A model generated the notes under the pieces. That model did no database searches and was not told the DNA's origin. It was given only the letters and a program-made list of their open reading frames with translations. The translations under genes were made by a program, and so were the position numbers. A stretch of DNA of 64,000 bases, taken from positions 7,993-71,992 of the forward strand of contig NZ_DASYWN010000058.1 in assembly GCF_035935975.1 (NCBI RefSeq), read 5' to 3'. The stretch comes from Bradyrhizobium sp. GTDB lineage: Bacteria > Pseudomonadota > Alphaproteobacteria > Rhizobiales > Xanthobacteraceae. This document shows, piece by piece, positions 1-12,962 of the stretch. Positions within the stretch are counted from its first letter, which is position 1, and every line of letters starts with the position of its first letter.

Positions 1-30
1 GCCTCGGTTATTCCCCTGCTGGCGGCTGCG

Positions 31-453
31 GTGTTTGCCCGCGGCGAGATCGGATCGGTCTCGCATCCCTGCATCGCTGTGGGCGACACCTCCGTCGAGC
101 TGACGACCCTGTTCTGGACCGCCGGCGTCCATGTCGCCTTCACCGACGACCCCGACCGCGCCACGGTGCGGGTTCAGATCACCGACGATGCGAACGGTGC
201 GGACTTCGCGGTCGTGGACGATGGTCTCGGCTCCGAGACCGATTCCTGCGAGGCCCATCCGGCCAACCGCCTCATCACCATCGCCGCGCAGCCAGTCGAC
301 GGCGGCCCTGTGATCTACCTCTCCACCGACGGACCGGCCGATTACCGCATCTATGTACGCTCGAAGACGTTCTCGCAGCGCGAGGCGGCGGCGCTGATCG
401 TCGGCGCGCATGGCGGCCACCGCCCGCTCCCGCTCCAGGCGGCCTCGCTCTGA
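31..453 (+). CDS. hypothetical protein (start uncertain, may begin upstream of window)
   Basis: Sense ORF at the window edge with a GTG start. No motif recognised. Surrounded by GC-rich shadow ORFs. Confidence 0.3.
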   Translation: MFARGEIGSVSHPCIAVGDTSVELTTLFWTAGVHVAFTDDPDRATVRVQITDDANGADFAVVDDGLGSETDSCEAHPANRLITIAAQPVDGGPVIYLSTDGPADYRIYVRSKTFSQREAAALIVGAHGGHRPLPLQAASL

Positions 454-572
454 GCCATTAACACCTCGCTAACCCTGTTTGGAGGCAGAAACAAAGCCTC
501 AAGCTGTTCGCAAGGTCGGCGCGACATCGTCGCACGCGGCGGCGGTGGGGTTTCGGAAAAGAGTCGGGGTCG

Positions 573-2804
573 GTGACGATGGGTCGGACATTCCGGATCA
601 AGGTGCGCATGCGCCGTTTCAGGCGGCAGCATCCTCGCATCCACTTCGCGATCCGCTCCTTCATGATTTTCTCGGCGACGTTCGGCGGCGCCTATGGCTT
701 CGTCTCCGGCAGCCGCTCCGAGAATTCCGGCTACGATCCCAACACCTTTGCGATCGGCGCGAGCTTTCTGTTCGCCCTCGCCTGCCTTGGCCTCGCCACG
801 CTCAGCATGCGGCTGCGCTTCGTCAACAAGCGGCTGCGGACGCTCGCCGCCCACAACGAGGCGCTGATCGACCGCAATTGGGAGCTGAAGGAGGCGGAAG
901 AGCGCGCCCGCAGCCTGTTCGAGCAGCAGGGCGACCTCATCGTGCTGCGCGACCACCAGGGCCGCATCACCTTCGCCAATGACGCGTATTGTGCGCTCGC
1001 CGGCCAGGAGCGCGGCGCGCTGGTCGGCACGCGGTTCGATTTCGACGTGGTGGAGCAGGGCGACAGCGCCCGCGAAAGCAACGGCACGCGCATCCACGAC
1101 CAGCGGATCACCACCCCGCTCGGCGCGCGCTGGATCGCCTGGCGCGAAGGCTATGTCCGTCTCGATGCCGGCCAGGCGGCCGAACTGCAGAGCGTCGGCC
1201 GCGACGTCACCGACCGCACCGAGACCGAGCGCGCGCTATCGGAAGCGCGCGACCAGGCCGACGCCGCCAACCGCGCCAAATCGCGCTTCCTCGCGATGGC
1301 CTCGCACGAAATCCGCACGCCGCTCAACGGCATCATCGGCATGGGCGGCCTGCTGCTCGACACCACGCTGACGCCTGAGCAGACGACCTATGCCCGCGCG
1401 GTGAAAACCTCCGGCGAGGCCCTGATGGCGCTGATCGAGGAGTTGCTCGACTATTCCAAGATCGAGGCCGGCAAGCTCGATCTCGAGCAGCGCCCCTTCG
1501 CGCTCTCGACCCTGATCGAGGAGATCACCGAGCTGCTGGCGCCGCGGGCGCAGGCCAAGCAGCTCGAGATCGCCGCCTATGTCGACGAACGCCTGCCGCT
1601 CGAAGTGGTCGGCGATTCCGCACGGCTGCGCCAGGTGCTGCTCAATCTTGCCGGCAACGCCATCAAGTTCACGGCTCATGGCGGCGTCGCGCTGATCGTC
1701 GAGCCCGGCATCTGGCCGAACGAGATCAGCTTCCTGGTCCGAGACACCGGCATCGGCATCGCGCCGGAAGCGCAGCAGCGCATCTTCCGTGAATTCGAGC
1801 AGGCCGACGAGCGCGTCGCGCGCACCTATGGCGGCACCGGGCTTGGCCTTGCCATCAGCGAACGCATCGTCAAGCGCATGGGCGGCCGCATCACACTCAC
1901 CAGCGAGCCGGGCAAGGGCGCGACCTTCGAGGTCGCGGTGCCGCTCACGCTATCGCAAACCGGCGCCGGCCAGACAACATTCCCGAGCCCCGAGCTCGCG
2001 GGCAAGTCGATCCTCGTGGTTTCCGACGGCATCGAGGCCTCGCTGATCGCGCGGCGTCTGGAGCGCTGGGGCAGTCAGACCTGTCTGGTCTCGGATCCCG
2101 CCGTGGCAGAGGCGCTGCTGCCGGAACGCTCATGGCACGCGGTGCTGGTCGACCGCGCAATCGGCGCTGCTATCGCCGACCATCTCGGCGAAGTCGCCCG
2201 CGCGCACGCGCCGCAACGGCTGGTGCTGCTGACGTCGAGCTCGCGCCACGAAAAGCTCTCGCCGGCCTTCACCGGCTTTCTGGTGAAGCCGCTGCGTGCA
2301 GCCTCGCTCGCCGCCCGCCTCGCGCTGACGCCGGAGGTGGCCTCGCCCGACCTTGCACCGGAGCCGCCGGCTGAAGCCAAGCCCGCGACACCGGCAAAGG
2401 GACTCTCGATCCTCGTTGCCGAGGACAACGAGATCAACGCGCTCTTGATGCGCTCGCTGCTGACCAAGCTCGGCCACCGCGTCGTCATCGCCGTCCATGG
2501 CGAGGCTGCGCTGGAATCCTGGCTGGCAGCGTCGTCGGCCGGCACGCCCTATGATCTCGTGCTGATGGACATCCAGATGCCGCAGCTCGACGGCATCGAG
2601 GCGACCAAACGCATCCGCGCGCACGAGGCCGCCACGGGCGGCCACCACACGCCGATCCTCGCCCTCACCGCCAATACGCTGGTGGAAGATCGCTACGCCT
2701 GTTTCGAGGCCGGCATGAACGGGTTTCTGATCAAGCCACTCGATCGCGACAAGCTGGACGAGGCGCTGGCGGGACTGGCTGCATCACGGCATCTGGCGGT
2801 GTAG
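573..2804 (+). CDS. hybrid sensor histidine kinase/response regulator (TM, PAS-like, HisKA, HATPase_c, two receiver-like domains)
   Basis: H-box [14 protein letters not shown] boxes [11 protein letters not shown] and [17 protein letters not shown]-terminal receiver [10 protein letters not shown]...[10 protein letters not shown]...FLIKP. Exact start uncertain. Confidence 0.85.
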   Translation: MTMGRTFRIKVRMRRFRRQHPRIHFAIRSFMIFSATFGGAYGFVSGSRSENSGYDPNTFAIGASFLFALACLGLATLSMRLRFVNKRLRTLAAHNEALIDRNWELKEAEERARSLFEQQGDLIVLRDHQGRITFANDAYCALAGQERGALVGTRFDFDVVEQGDSARESNGTRIHDQRITTPLGARWIAWREGYVRLDAGQAAELQSVGRDVTDRTETERALSEARDQADAANRAKSRFLAMASHEIRTPLNGIIGMGGLLLDTTLTPEQTTYARAVKTSGEALMALIEELLDYSKIEAGKLDLEQRPFALSTLIEEITELLAPRAQAKQLEIAAYVDERLPLEVVGDSARLRQVLLNLAGNAIKFTAHGGVALIVEPGIWPNEISFLVRDTGIGIAPEAQQRIFREFEQADERVARTYGGTGLGLAISERIVKRMGGRITLTSEPGKGATFEVAVPLTLSQTGAGQTTFPSPELAGKSILVVSDGIEASLIARRLERWGSQTCLVSDPAVAEALLPERSWHAVLVDRAIGAAIADHLGEVARAHAPQRLVLLTSSSRHEKLSPAFTGFLVKPLRAASLAARLALTPEVASPDLAPEPPAEAKPATPAKGLSILVAEDNEINALLMRSLLTKLGHRVVIAVHGEAALESWLAASSAGTPYDLVLMDIQMPQLDGIEATKRIRAHEAATGGHHTPILALTANTLVEDRYACFEAGMNGFLIKPLDRDKLDEALAGLAASRHLAV

Positions 2805-2938
2805 CCCGAGCGCGCTCGCAATGACGATGTGGTGAGAGGCGCGCCCCATGGGTCTCTCGCCGACCATAGGCAATTGAAATCCAACGCAGTGCGCGTCATC
2901 ATCCTTCGGGGGCCCGGTTTCCGACGAGGATATCGCGC

Positions 2939-3568
2939 ATGAATGTGCTTTACCGCCTCTCCGTCGTCGTCCTGCTCGCCGTTTGCTCCCAGGCCGCCGC
3001 AGCGGACACGTCGCAGCTCATCGCTTCGTTGAAGCAAGGTGGCTACGTTCTGGTATTTCGGCACACCGCAACCGACGACAGCCAGAAGGACGTCTATCCC
3101 TTCAAGTTCGACGACTTGAGTGCCCAGCGCCAGCTGAGCGAGAAGGGCAGGGATATGGCGCGTCAGATCGGAGCGGCAATCCAGGCGCGCGCGATTCCGA
3201 TCGGGGATGTCTACACAAGCCGTCTGAACCGCGCGATCGAAGCCGGCAAGCTGATCACCGGCAAAGAGTGCAAGCCGGTCGACGCATTGACGGACAGCAA
3301 CAACGCCAGCGCATCGGGAATGGCAAACCCCACCGCTGCGAACGCAAAGGCCGGAGCGGCCGTGCGCCAGCTGGTCGATCGGTCGCCGACGGCCGGCACG
3401 AACAACGTCCTCGTCACTCACAAGACGAACATTGCCGATGCCTTCGGCAAGGAGGCCGGAGACGTTCAGGAAGGCGAAGCCTTCGTTTACCGGGCGAACG
3501 GCTCCGGGCCCGCGACTTTCGTTGCACGCATCAGGGCCGCGGATTGGACGGCGAAGGCCGACCAATAG
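2939..3568 (+). CDS. secreted histidine phosphatase (phosphoglycerate mutase-like) family protein
   Basis: Signal peptide MNVLYRLSVVVLLAVCSQAAAA. VLVFRHTATD resembles the RH(G/A) catalytic motif of branch-1 histidine phosphatases. Confidence 0.5.
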   Translation: MNVLYRLSVVVLLAVCSQAAAADTSQLIASLKQGGYVLVFRHTATDDSQKDVYPFKFDDLSAQRQLSEKGRDMARQIGAAIQARAIPIGDVYTSRLNRAIEAGKLITGKECKPVDALTDSNNASASGMANPTAANAKAGAAVRQLVDRSPTAGTNNVLVTHKTNIADAFGKEAGDVQEGEAFVYRANGSGPATFVARIRAADWTAKADQ

Positions 3569-3579
3569 GAGACCGCGAC

Positions 3580-4536
3580 CTACAGGCGCCGCAGCGCCAC
3601 GCTTTCCACCACGTGATCCGCGCCCTTCTTCAGGATCAGCGTCGCGCGCGGTCGGGTCGGCAGAATGTTGTCCTCGAGATTGGCGAGGTTGGTGCGCTCC
3701 CAGATCGCGATCGCGGTCGCGGTGGCTTCCTCGTCCGACAGCAGTGCGTAGCGGTTGAAGTAGGACTTTGGATTGGTGAACGCGGTGTCGCGCAGGGCCA
3801 GGAAGCGCTTGATGTACCAGCGCCGCAGCGCCGCCTCGTCGGCGTCGATGTAGACCGAGAAATCGAAGAAGTCGGAGACGACGGGCACCGCCTTGCCGTC
3901 ACGCGGCAGCTTGCCGGTCTGCAGCACGTTGACGCCCTCGACGATCAGGATGTCGGGCTGGTCGATCTCGGCCCACTGGTTCGGCACGATGTCGTAGGTG
4001 AGATGCGAATAGACCGGCGCGCGGACATTGCGGCGACCGGACTTGATGTCGGAGAGGAAGCTCAGCAGCAGCGGCAGGTCGTAGCTCTCCGGAAAACCCT
4101 TCTTCTGCATGATGCCCTGCCGGTCGAGCACCGCGTTGGGATAGAGGAATCCGTCGGTCGTGATCAGCTCAACCTTCGGCCGCGGCGACCAGCGCGCCAG
4201 CAGCGCCTGCAGCACGCGGGCCGTGGTGGACTTTCCGACCGCGACCGAACCGGCGACGCCGATGATGTAGGGCATCTTGCGGTCGCGGATGTTGAGGAAC
4301 TGGCGCTCGGAGTAATACAGGCGCTGCATCGCATCGACGTAGATCGACAGCAGGCGCGACAGCGGCAGGTAGATGTCCTCGACCTCCTGCAAGTCGAGGC
4401 GGTCGTGCAGCGAACGCAGCCGGTCGAACTCGCCTGGCTCCAGCGTCATCGGCGTGTCGTCGCGAAGTCGCGCCCATTCTTCCCGCGTGTAAATGCGGTA
4501 GGGATTATATTGCTGCTCGGGTGCGCGGATATCCAT
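3580..4536 (-). CDS. coaA: type I pantothenate kinase
   Basis: P-loop [17 protein letters not shown] and full-length similarity to CoaA as I remember it. Lies downstream of hisE. Confidence 0.9.
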   Translation of the reverse strand: MDIRAPEQQYNPYRIYTREEWARLRDDTPMTLEPGEFDRLRSLHDRLDLQEVEDIYLPLSRLLSIYVDAMQRLYYSERQFLNIRDRKMPYIIGVAGSVAVGKSTTARVLQALLARWSPRPKVELITTDGFLYPNAVLDRQGIMQKKGFPESYDLPLLLSFLSDIKSGRRNVRAPVYSHLTYDIVPNQWAEIDQPDILIVEGVNVLQTGKLPRDGKAVPVVSDFFDFSVYIDADEAALRRWYIKRFLALRDTAFTNPKSYFNRYALLSDEEATATAIAIWERTNLANLEDNILPTRPRATLILKKGADHVVESVALRRL

Positions 4537-4563
4537 GACGCGACCTTTCCGTTGGGGCTTATA

Positions 4564-4884
4564 CTAGCCCTTACGCGAAGCTTTCTCTTCCAACCCTGAC
4601 ATATTCGTACGCTTGTCGAGCGCTGACTCAACCTCCTCCAGCTTTACGCCGCGGGACTTGAGCAGCACAAGGAAGTGATAGAGCAGGTCGGCGCCCTCGG
4701 CGATCAGATGCGCGCGATCGTTTTCGACTGCTGCGATTACGGTTTCGACTGCTTCCTCACCGAACTTCTTGGCGCAATGCTCGGCGCCCTTGTCGAGGAG
4801 CTTTCGGGTGTACGAGGCCTCCCCACCTGATGCCGCGCGGGCGTCGATGGTCTCGGCCAGATCGTGGATCGTAAAACGCGGCAT
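4564..4884 (-). CDS. hisE: phosphoribosyl-ATP pyrophosphatase
   Basis: 106 aa containing [10 protein letters not shown]...EEAVE...[10 protein letters not shown], typical of HisE. Follows hisF. Confidence 0.9.
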   Translation of the reverse strand: MPRFTIHDLAETIDARAASGGEASYTRKLLDKGAEHCAKKFGEEAVETVIAAVENDRAHLIAEGADLLYHFLVLLKSRGVKLEEVESALDKRTNMSGLEEKASRKG

Positions 4885-4962
4885 CGGACTTACTCAGAAA
4901 CACATGAGGCCGTGGAGGCCATTCCCCGCCGGCCTGTGTAGCATTTTTAGGGGCGGGAGTCG

Positions 4963-5736
4963 TCAGGCATCCAGGCGCATGGGCAGCCCGCGCCGCGCCA
5001 TGTGCTCCTTGGCTTCACGGATGGTGAATTCCCCGAAGTGGAAGATCGAGGCGGCCAGCACGGCGGTGGCATGCCCGTCGCGGATACCGTCGACGAGGTG
5101 GTCGAGATTGCCGACGCCGCCCGAGGCGATCACGGGAACGGGAACGCTGTCGGCGATCGCCCGGGTCAGCGGGATGTCAAAGCCCTGCCTGGTGCCGTCG
5201 CGATCCATCGAGGTGAGCAGGAGCTCGCCGGCGCCGAGCGAGACCACTTCCTGGGCATATTCGATGGCGTCGATGCCGGTCGAGTTGCGGCCGCCATGGG
5301 TAAAGATCTCCCAGCGGTCGCCGCCGGGGCGCTTGACGCGCTTGGCGTCGATCGCGACCACCACGCACTGCTCGCCGAATTTTTCGGCAGCTTCCTTGAC
5401 GAACTCGCGCCGCGACACCGCGGCACTGTTGATCGAGACCTTGTCCGCGCCGGCACGCAGCAGCGTCTTGATGTCGTCCACCTTGCGCACGCCGCCGCCG
5501 ACGGTGACGGGCATGAAGCAGGCCTCCGCCGTGCGCCGGACCACATCCAGCATGATGCCGCGGTTCTCATGGGTCGCGGTGATGTCGAGGAAGGTCAGCT
5601 CGTCGGCGCCGGCGGCGTCATAGGCGATCGCGGCTTCGACGGGATCGCCGGCGTCGCGCAAATCGACGAAGTTGACGCCCTTGACGACGCGGCCGTCCTT
5701 GACGTCGAGGCAGGGGATCACGCGCACCTTGAACAT
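4963..5736 (-). CDS. hisF: imidazole glycerol phosphate synthase, cyclase subunit
   Basis: [15 protein letters not shown]...[12 protein letters not shown]...ASGGVG, canonical HisF. Confidence 0.95.
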   Translation of the reverse strand: MFKVRVIPCLDVKDGRVVKGVNFVDLRDAGDPVEAAIAYDAAGADELTFLDITATHENRGIMLDVVRRTAEACFMPVTVGGGVRKVDDIKTLLRAGADKVSINSAAVSRREFVKEAAEKFGEQCVVVAIDAKRVKRPGGDRWEIFTHGGRNSTGIDAIEYAQEVVSLGAGELLLTSMDRDGTRQGFDIPLTRAIADSVPVPVIASGGVGNLDHLVDGIRDGHATAVLAASIFHFGEFTIREAKEHMARRGLPMRLDA

Positions 5737-5739
5737 GTG

Positions 5740-6492
5740 TCAGCTCCCCGGCGCGCGCGCGTTGCGGATCAGGGTGAGGGCGGCGGCGGGATCGAGCCGG
5801 CCATCATAAAGCGCGCGGCCGGCGATCGCGCCGGCGAGCTTTTTCGCGCGTGGCATCAGCATGGCTTTCACATCCTCGATCGAGGCGAGGCCGCCGGAGG
5901 CGATCACCGGAATGGAGATCGCGTCTGCCAGCGCGATGGTTGCATCGAGGTTCAGGCCCTTGAGCAGGCCGTCGCGCGCGATGTCGGTGAAGATGATGGC
6001 AGCAACGCCGGCATCCTCGAATCGCTTGGCGATCTCCAGCACCGTCACCTGCGAGGTCTCGGCCCAGCCTTCGACCGCGACCTTGCCGTCGCGCGCGTCC
6101 AGCCCGACCGCGACACGGCCGGGGAATTTCTTCGCCGCGGCCTTCACCAGCTCGGGATCGCGCACCGCGGCGGTGCCGATGATGACGCGGGTGATACCCT
6201 TGTCGAGCCAGGCTTCGACGGTGGCGAGATCGCGAATGCCGCCGCCGAGCTGCACCGGGATCTTGATCGTCTTCAGCATCGCCTCGACGGCCTGCGCATT
6301 CACCGGCTTGCCGGCGAAGGCACCGTCGAGATCGACGACGTGGAGATACTCAAAGCCCTGCTCGACGAAGCTCTGGGCCTGCGCCGCTGGATTGAGGTTG
6401 AACACGGTCGCGCGCGCCATGTCGCCCTGCTCGAGGCGCACGCACTGGCCGTTCTTGAGGTCGATTGCCGGAAAGAGAATCACGGTTTCCAT
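5740..6492 (-). CDS. hisA: 1-(5-phosphoribosyl)-5-[(5-phosphoribosylamino)methylideneamino]imidazole-4-carboxamide isomerase
   Basis: [15 protein letters not shown]...HVVDLDGA...IASGGL, canonical HisA, between hisH and hisF. Confidence 0.95.
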   Translation of the reverse strand: METVILFPAIDLKNGQCVRLEQGDMARATVFNLNPAAQAQSFVEQGFEYLHVVDLDGAFAGKPVNAQAVEAMLKTIKIPVQLGGGIRDLATVEAWLDKGITRVIIGTAAVRDPELVKAAAKKFPGRVAVGLDARDGKVAVEGWAETSQVTVLEIAKRFEDAGVAAIIFTDIARDGLLKGLNLDATIALADAISIPVIASGGLASIEDVKAMLMPRAKKLAGAIAGRALYDGRLDPAAALTLIRNARAPGS

Positions 6493-7130
6493 CGCAAAAA
6501 GTTCGAGATCAAAGCGAGGCCGAAGCGCTGGCTTTTCTCGGGGTGAAACTGCGTGCCGATGGCGGTGTCCTTGCCGACGATCGCGGTGACAGGCCCGCCA
6601 TAATCGGCGCGCGCGAGCACGTCCGCCTCGTTGGCGGCATTGAGGTGGTACGAGTGCACGAAATAGGCGTGCTGGCCCTTGGCGCCGAGCGGCAGCTTGT
6701 TCAGCACCGGGTGCTCCTGCAGCAGCTCGAGCGTATTCCAGCCCATGTGCGGGATCTTCAGGCTCTCGTCACGCGGCGTGATCTTCTCGACGTCGCCGCC
6801 GATCCAGTTCAGACCCTCGGTGATGACATGCTCCTTGCCGCGGCTCGCCATCAACTGCATGCCGACGCAGATCCCGAAGAACGGCCGCGCCTTCACGCGC
6901 ACGGCTTCCGTGATCGCCTCGACCATGCCGTTGACGGCATCGAGCCCGCGCCGGCAATCGGCGAAGGCGCCGACGCCCGGCAGCACCAGACGGTCAGCCT
7001 CGTAGGCCTGATCGGGATCGCTTGTGACGAAAACCTTTTGCGGATTTTCGAGGCTGCGCGCGGCGCGCTCGAAGGCCTTGGCCGCGGAATGCAGATTCCC
7101 GGAACCGTAATCGATGATGGCGACGCTCAC
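6480..7130 (-). CDS. hisH: imidazole glycerol phosphate synthase, glutamine amidotransferase subunit
   Basis: [15 protein letters not shown]...GICVGMQL...HSY. I place the start at the GTG at 7130, preceded by GGGAGGG. The ORF-track start at 7253 adds an Arg-rich extension I consider unlikely. Confidence 0.9.
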   Translation of the reverse strand: MSVAIIDYGSGNLHSAAKAFERAARSLENPQKVFVTSDPDQAYEADRLVLPGVGAFADCRRGLDAVNGMVEAITEAVRVKARPFFGICVGMQLMASRGKEHVITEGLNWIGGDVEKITPRDESLKIPHMGWNTLELLQEHPVLNKLPLGAKGQHAYFVHSYHLNAANEADVLARADYGGPVTAIVGKDTAIGTQFHPEKSQRFGLALISNFLRWKP

Positions 7131-7657
7131 CTTGACCCTCCCGGTTCTGGAAACAAACCAATGATGCCGCCGGCCGGAAGCGGCGGCGGGTTCGAGAATT
7201 GCTGACCCGGCGCGGTGCGGGTCGGCGGCGGACCGCCGCGATCGACGGCCCATTGATCGTTGACGATGCCGTGCTGCTTCTGGCTCCAGCGCTCAAAGAA
7301 GCGGCGCTCGGCGGTGTCTTCGTCGTCGGCAATGACGACGTCGAGCTGACGCCACTTGCCGCGCGACAGCGTCCAGCGGCGCAGGCTGGAGGCTTCAAAG
7401 CCCATCAGCAGCGCGATGATGAGATTAGCAAAGAAGATCCCGCTGCGGCCGACCCCGAGGCTATGCAGCCCGGCATCGAATGCAGCCAGGAAGATCACCC
7501 AGCCGATCAGCGCCAGCCAGAGCCTGTTCCAGAGCAGCCAGAACGGACCGAGCACCATCGCCCAGAAATGAAAACCGTCGCGCACGAACACGAACTTGTC
7601 GGTCGCACGCAGATCGGCTCCACCAGGGAAGGGAGCGTGAACTGTGTAGACAGGCAT
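7127..7657 (-). CDS. DUF2628-like small membrane protein embedded in the his operon
   Basis: Start at ATG 7657 ([10 protein letters not shown]...). Two hydrophobic helices and a Pro-rich tail. 4-nt overlap with the hisH start. Confidence 0.6.
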   Translation of the reverse strand: MPVYTVHAPFPGGADLRATDKFVFVRDGFHFWAMVLGPFWLLWNRLWLALIGWVIFLAAFDAGLHSLGVGRSGIFFANLIIALLMGFEASSLRRWTLSRGKWRQLDVVIADDEDTAERRFFERWSQKQHGIVNDQWAVDRGGPPPTRTAPGQQFSNPPPLPAGGIIGLFPEPGGSR

Positions 7658-7721
7658 GGTGATGCCCCGTTCTCGAGAATTCAGTGATGCCGCCCGCAGC
7701 GTTTGCCGCAAAACGGAAATG

Positions 7722-8315
7722 TCAGCCGCCCAGCGAGCCCTTGGTGGACGGGATCTCGCCCACCGCCTTCGGATCGATCGCGACCGCGGTGCGCAGCGCC
7801 CGTGCCAGACCCTTGAAGCAGGACTCGGCGATATGGTGGCTGTTATCGCCATATAGGGTCTCGACGTGGAGAGTCACGCCGGCGTTGATGGCGAAGGCCT
7901 GGAACCACTCGCGCACCAGCTCGGTGTCGAACTCACCGATCTTGTCGCGGGGGAAGTCGGCCTTGAACACCAGGAACGGGCGGCCCGAAATGTCGATGAC
8001 CACGCGCGACAGGGTCTCGTCCATCGGCATGTGCACGCCGGCATAGCGGGTGATGCCCGCCATGTTGCCGAGCGCCTGCTTGACCGCCTGGCCGAGCGCG
8101 ATGCCGGTGTCTTCGGTGGTATGGTGATAATCAATGTGCAGGTCGCCCACCGCCTTGACCGTCAGGTCGATGCGGGAATGGCGGGCGAGGAGATCGAGCA
8201 TATGGTCGAAAAAGCCGATGCCGGTGGCGATATTGGCCACGCCGGTACCATCGAGGTTCACGGAGACCTCGATGTCGGTTTCCTTGGTCTTGCGCTTGAT
8301 CGTCGCTGTGCGCAT
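7722..8315 (-). CDS. hisB: imidazoleglycerol-phosphate dehydratase
   Basis: [10 protein letters not shown]...GIGFFDHML...HHTTED...HHIAES, canonical IGPD motifs. Confidence 0.95.
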   Translation of the reverse strand: MRTATIKRKTKETDIEVSVNLDGTGVANIATGIGFFDHMLDLLARHSRIDLTVKAVGDLHIDYHHTTEDTGIALGQAVKQALGNMAGITRYAGVHMPMDETLSRVVIDISGRPFLVFKADFPRDKIGEFDTELVREWFQAFAINAGVTLHVETLYGDNSHHIAESCFKGLARALRTAVAIDPKAVGEIPSTKGSLGG

Positions 8316-8340
8316 TGAAAGCTGGCTTTCGCTTCTTTTT

Positions 8341-8390
8341 GAGCATGATCTTCACCGGAAAACCGGTACCCACTCTTCCGGATCATGCTC
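8341..8390. repeat. REP-like hairpin, family H (gagcatgatc...gatcatgctc)
   Basis: Inverted repeat in the hisB/hslV divergent spacer. A second copy lies at 34713-34761. Confidence 0.6.
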
Positions 8391-8579
8391 GGGGCCGAAA
8401 ACGCCAGTCTCTTAACAGCCAAATGACACCTTCGCTACTGCGGGAACGGCTGGCGGGGCCTCTACTTCCGCCTATGGTGAGCGAAATTGGGCCCGGAGCG
8501 GCCCGTTATGCCCTGGTTGTCCCGCTGGTTGTCCCCTTGGCCCCGACCGCCTAAATCAGGCCGGACAACGAGGTACTTC

Positions 8580-9140
8580 ATGCAGGATTCCCAGAACAGC
8601 TCGCCGGGCTGGCACGGCACCACGATTTTGACGGTCCGCAAGGACGGCAGGGTGGTGGTCGGCGGCGACGGCCAAGTCTCGATCGGCCAGACCGTGATCA
8701 AGTCCAACGCCAAAAAGGTCCGGAAACTCGGCAAAGGCGACGTGATCGGCGGCTTTGCCGGCGCCACCGCCGACGCCTTCACCCTGTTCGAGCGGCTGGA
8801 AGCCAAGCTCGAGCAATATCCGGGGCAGTTGACCCGGGCCGCGGTGGAACTGGCCAAGGACTGGCGCACCGACCGCTATCTGCGGCGGCTGGAAGCCATG
8901 ATGATCGTGGCCGACAAGGACGTCTCCCTGGTGCTGACTGGCACCGGCGACGTGCTCGAGCCCGAGGCCGGCGTCATGGCGATCGGCTCCGGCGGCAATT
9001 ACGCCCTGGCGGCGGCGCGGGCCCTGCTCGACACCGACAAGGACGCCGAGACCATCGTCCGCCGCTCGCTCGACATCGCCGCCGACATCTGCGTCTACAC
9101 CAACCGCAATCTGACCATCGAGAGCCTGGCGACCGGCTAG
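8580..9140 (+). CDS. hslV: ATP-dependent protease subunit HslV
   Basis: Start at ATG 8580. [23 protein letters not shown] carries the N-terminal Thr nucleophile context. [14 protein letters not shown]. Confidence 0.9.
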   Translation: MQDSQNSSPGWHGTTILTVRKDGRVVVGGDGQVSIGQTVIKSNAKKVRKLGKGDVIGGFAGATADAFTLFERLEAKLEQYPGQLTRAAVELAKDWRTDRYLRRLEAMMIVADKDVSLVLTGTGDVLEPEAGVMAIGSGGNYALAAARALLDTDKDAETIVRRSLDIAADICVYTNRNLTIESLATG

Positions 9141-9157
9141 GTCAGACCGAACAGGAC

Positions 9158-9643
9158 ATGCCGCCCGCCTACGCCTTCCGCCCGATGACCGTGGCCGACC
9201 TGCCGCTGATCCGGCGGTGGCTGGGCGCGGCGCATGTGCGGGAATGGTGGGGCGATCCGGACGAGCAGTTTGCGCTGGTCAGCGGCGACCTCGACGAGCC
9301 CGCCATGGACCAGTTCATCGTGTTGGCCGGCCAGCAGCCCTTCGGCTATCTTCAATGCTACCGCCTGACCGCCTGGAATACGGGCTTTGGGCCGCAACCG
9401 GAGGGCACGCGTGGGATCGACCAGTTCATCGGCGAAAGCGACATGATCGCGCGCGGTCACGGCTCGGCGTTCATCCGCCAGTTTGTCGACGAGCAGTTTG
9501 AGAACGGCCTGCCGCGCATGGTCACCGATCCCGATCCGCGCAACGCACGCGCCTTACGCGCCTATGAGAAGGCCGGCTTTGTCGGCGACCGCATGGTCGA
9601 GACGCCGGATGGAGCGGCGCTGCTGATGGTGCGCCAACCATGA
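9158..9643 (+). CDS. GNAT family N-acetyltransferase (aminoglycoside 6'-N-acetyltransferase-like)
   Basis: 161 aa. ...[12 protein letters not shown]...[13 protein letters not shown] is typical of the GNAT acetyl-CoA binding region. Confidence 0.7.
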   Translation: MPPAYAFRPMTVADLPLIRRWLGAAHVREWWGDPDEQFALVSGDLDEPAMDQFIVLAGQQPFGYLQCYRLTAWNTGFGPQPEGTRGIDQFIGESDMIARGHGSAFIRQFVDEQFENGLPRMVTDPDPRNARALRAYEKAGFVGDRMVETPDGAALLMVRQP

Positions 9644-10272
9644 CACTGACGCACGCACACCCGAGCAAGGTCGCAGTCCCGCCGCTCGCCTGGGTCGGCA
9701 TCGCGCTGCTCTTGCTGGCGCTGCAGGCTTCGATCCTGTTCGCAATGGGGCGGGTGCCGATCTGCACGTGCGGCTACGTCAAGCTCTGGCATGGCGCGGT
9801 GAACAGCTCGGAAAATTCGCAGCACATCGCCGACTGGTACACCTTCTCGCACATCCTGCACGGCTTCCTGTTCTACGGCCTGACCTGGCTGCTGTTCGCG
9901 CGCCTGCCGTTCGTGCAGTTGCCTCTTCCAAGTTTGTCCTGGCCGGCGCGGCTGATCATCGCGATGCTGATCGAAGGCGCCTGGGAGATCGTCGAGAACT
10001 CGCCGTTCATCATCGAGCGCTACCGCGCCGGCACGATCTCGCTGGATTATTATGGCGATAGCATCGTCAATTCGGTCTCGGACAATCTGGCCATGGTGCT
10101 GGGGTTCCTCGCCGCGCGCGTGCTGCCGGTATCGGTCACGGTCCTGATCGGGCTCGCCTTCGAAATCATGCTGGCGCTCCACATTCGCGACAATCTGACG
10201 CTCAATATATTGATGCTGATCCACCCGATCGATGCCGTGAAACAATGGCAATCGGGTCCGCCCATCATCTGA
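9640..10272 (+). CDS. UPF0314/DUF2585-like integral membrane protein
   Basis: About 5 TM helices. 4-nt overlap with the GNAT gene. From memory, this position between hslV and hslU is typical of Rhizobiales. Confidence 0.55.
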   Translation: MTLTHAHPSKVAVPPLAWVGIALLLLALQASILFAMGRVPICTCGYVKLWHGAVNSSENSQHIADWYTFSHILHGFLFYGLTWLLFARLPFVQLPLPSLSWPARLIIAMLIEGAWEIVENSPFIIERYRAGTISLDYYGDSIVNSVSDNLAMVLGFLAARVLPVSVTVLIGLAFEIMLALHIRDNLTLNILMLIHPIDAVKQWQSGPPII

Positions 10273-10321
10273 CCCAAAATGCGGCTTGTCCTTGGCCGCC
10301 TCCCGCCCTAGCTAAGCAGAC

Positions 10322-11626
<1,305 letters not shown>

Positions 11627-11640
11627 TTCGGCCGGGCTCG

Positions 11641-11820
11641 GCTATCTATCCGCTGTCGTCCCCGCCTGGTGCGCAATTGCGCACGTGGGCGGGGACCCAT
11701 AACCACCGGCGGTCCTTGCTTAAACAGATGTCGACCACGATCCCGACTCAAACGGCCGCCTGTGGTTATGGGTCCCGGGTCGCGCTTCGCTTGCCCGAAA
11801 CGACAGCGACGATAGATCGC
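11641..11820. repeat. about 180-bp imperfect palindrome (REP-like, family G)
   Basis: Outer arms gctatctatccgctgtcgt / acgacagcgacgatagatcgc. Inner arms gggacccataaccac / gtggttatgggtccc. An internal gtgcgcaattgcgcac palindrome. Confidence 0.55.
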
Positions 11821-11837
11821 GCCAGCTCGGGTGCGGC

Positions 11838-12962
11838 GTGATCGCTCAGATCCAGAAGAACCCCTGGCGGCTGCTGCTCGCGATCAACGCGGCGGTCATC
11901 GTCGGCGTGTTCATTCACAAGATCCAGCTGCCGCCTTACGTCCCCTACATCCATCTCCTGGTCGACTACCATCTCGGCTTCATCAAGCGGGCGCTGATCG
12001 GGGCGATCGTCGCGCTGTTCACTGACAAGGTGCCGGTCTGGCTGGTGTTCGCGCTCGGTGGCGCGACCTGGCTGGTGACGCTCGGGCTCTACGCAAGACT
12101 GTTTCGGAAGACCTTCGGCTTCACCGCGAAGACGCTGCCGCTGTTCGTGTTCATCGCGGGCTCGCCGTTCTTCCTGAAGAACTTCATGCATACGCTCGGC
12201 CATTTCGACATTTATGGCTGCGCGCTCGCGATCATCCTGCTGTTGATGCCGGCGGGTTCATTGCTGTTCGTGGCGACGGCCGCGCTGTTCTCGATCGTCC
12301 TCGTACTGATCCACCACATCCATCTCTTGATGTATGTGCCGACGATCATCACTATCGTCGTGGTCAGGCACTACCTCGCCCATGGCTGCAATCGCACCAA
12401 TGTTGTCTTCGGTATCGTCGCCTTCGCCATCGTCTCCGCGCTGTTCTTCGCGGCGCAATTCCTGGGAACGATGCCGATCCCCGAGGCGGATTTCGTTGCG
12501 TATCTGAAGACCCGGATGGCCGATCCGTCGCGCACCGACCTGCTGCAATTCGCCTATATCTGGTACCAGCCGCTGGCGAAGGAGATCTCGGATACCTGGG
12601 GCCGGCTGCCACACAACATTCTCGGCGTGCCCATGTTCGCGCTGCTGATCTGGCTGCACACGCCGCTGTGGCGCTTCTTCGCCAATTTGATCGGCGCGCT
12701 CGCAAGCGAGCTGCATCGCCGTCTCGTCATCGCCGCGCTTGTGGGCGTCAGCCTTGCCTATCTCGTGATGTTCGCGATGGTGTTCGACTATTCGCGCTGG
12801 ATCTCGAACTGGGCGGTCTGCATGTTCCTGATCCTGCACGCGGTGAAGATGCTGCCTGCCGCGCGGGAGACGGCGTTGATTCCGTCGGAGGATCAGAAGA
12901 CAAACATCTTCGGCCTGATCATCACGCTGATCCCGCGCGTCGGAATCGTCCGGCCGTTCTAG
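11838..12962 (+). CDS. polytopic membrane protein, family not recognised
   Basis: 374 aa with about 9-10 hydrophobic helices and a GTG start. Codon usage looks coding. I recognise no motif. Confidence 0.55.
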   Translation: MIAQIQKNPWRLLLAINAAVIVGVFIHKIQLPPYVPYIHLLVDYHLGFIKRALIGAIVALFTDKVPVWLVFALGGATWLVTLGLYARLFRKTFGFTAKTLPLFVFIAGSPFFLKNFMHTLGHFDIYGCALAIILLLMPAGSLLFVATAALFSIVLVLIHHIHLLMYVPTIITIVVVRHYLAHGCNRTNVVFGIVAFAIVSALFFAAQFLGTMPIPEADFVAYLKTRMADPSRTDLLQFAYIWYQPLAKEISDTWGRLPHNILGVPMFALLIWLHTPLWRFFANLIGALASELHRRLVIAALVGVSLAYLVMFAMVFDYSRWISNWAVCMFLILHAVKMLPAARETALIPSEDQKTNIFGLIITLIPRVGIVRPF

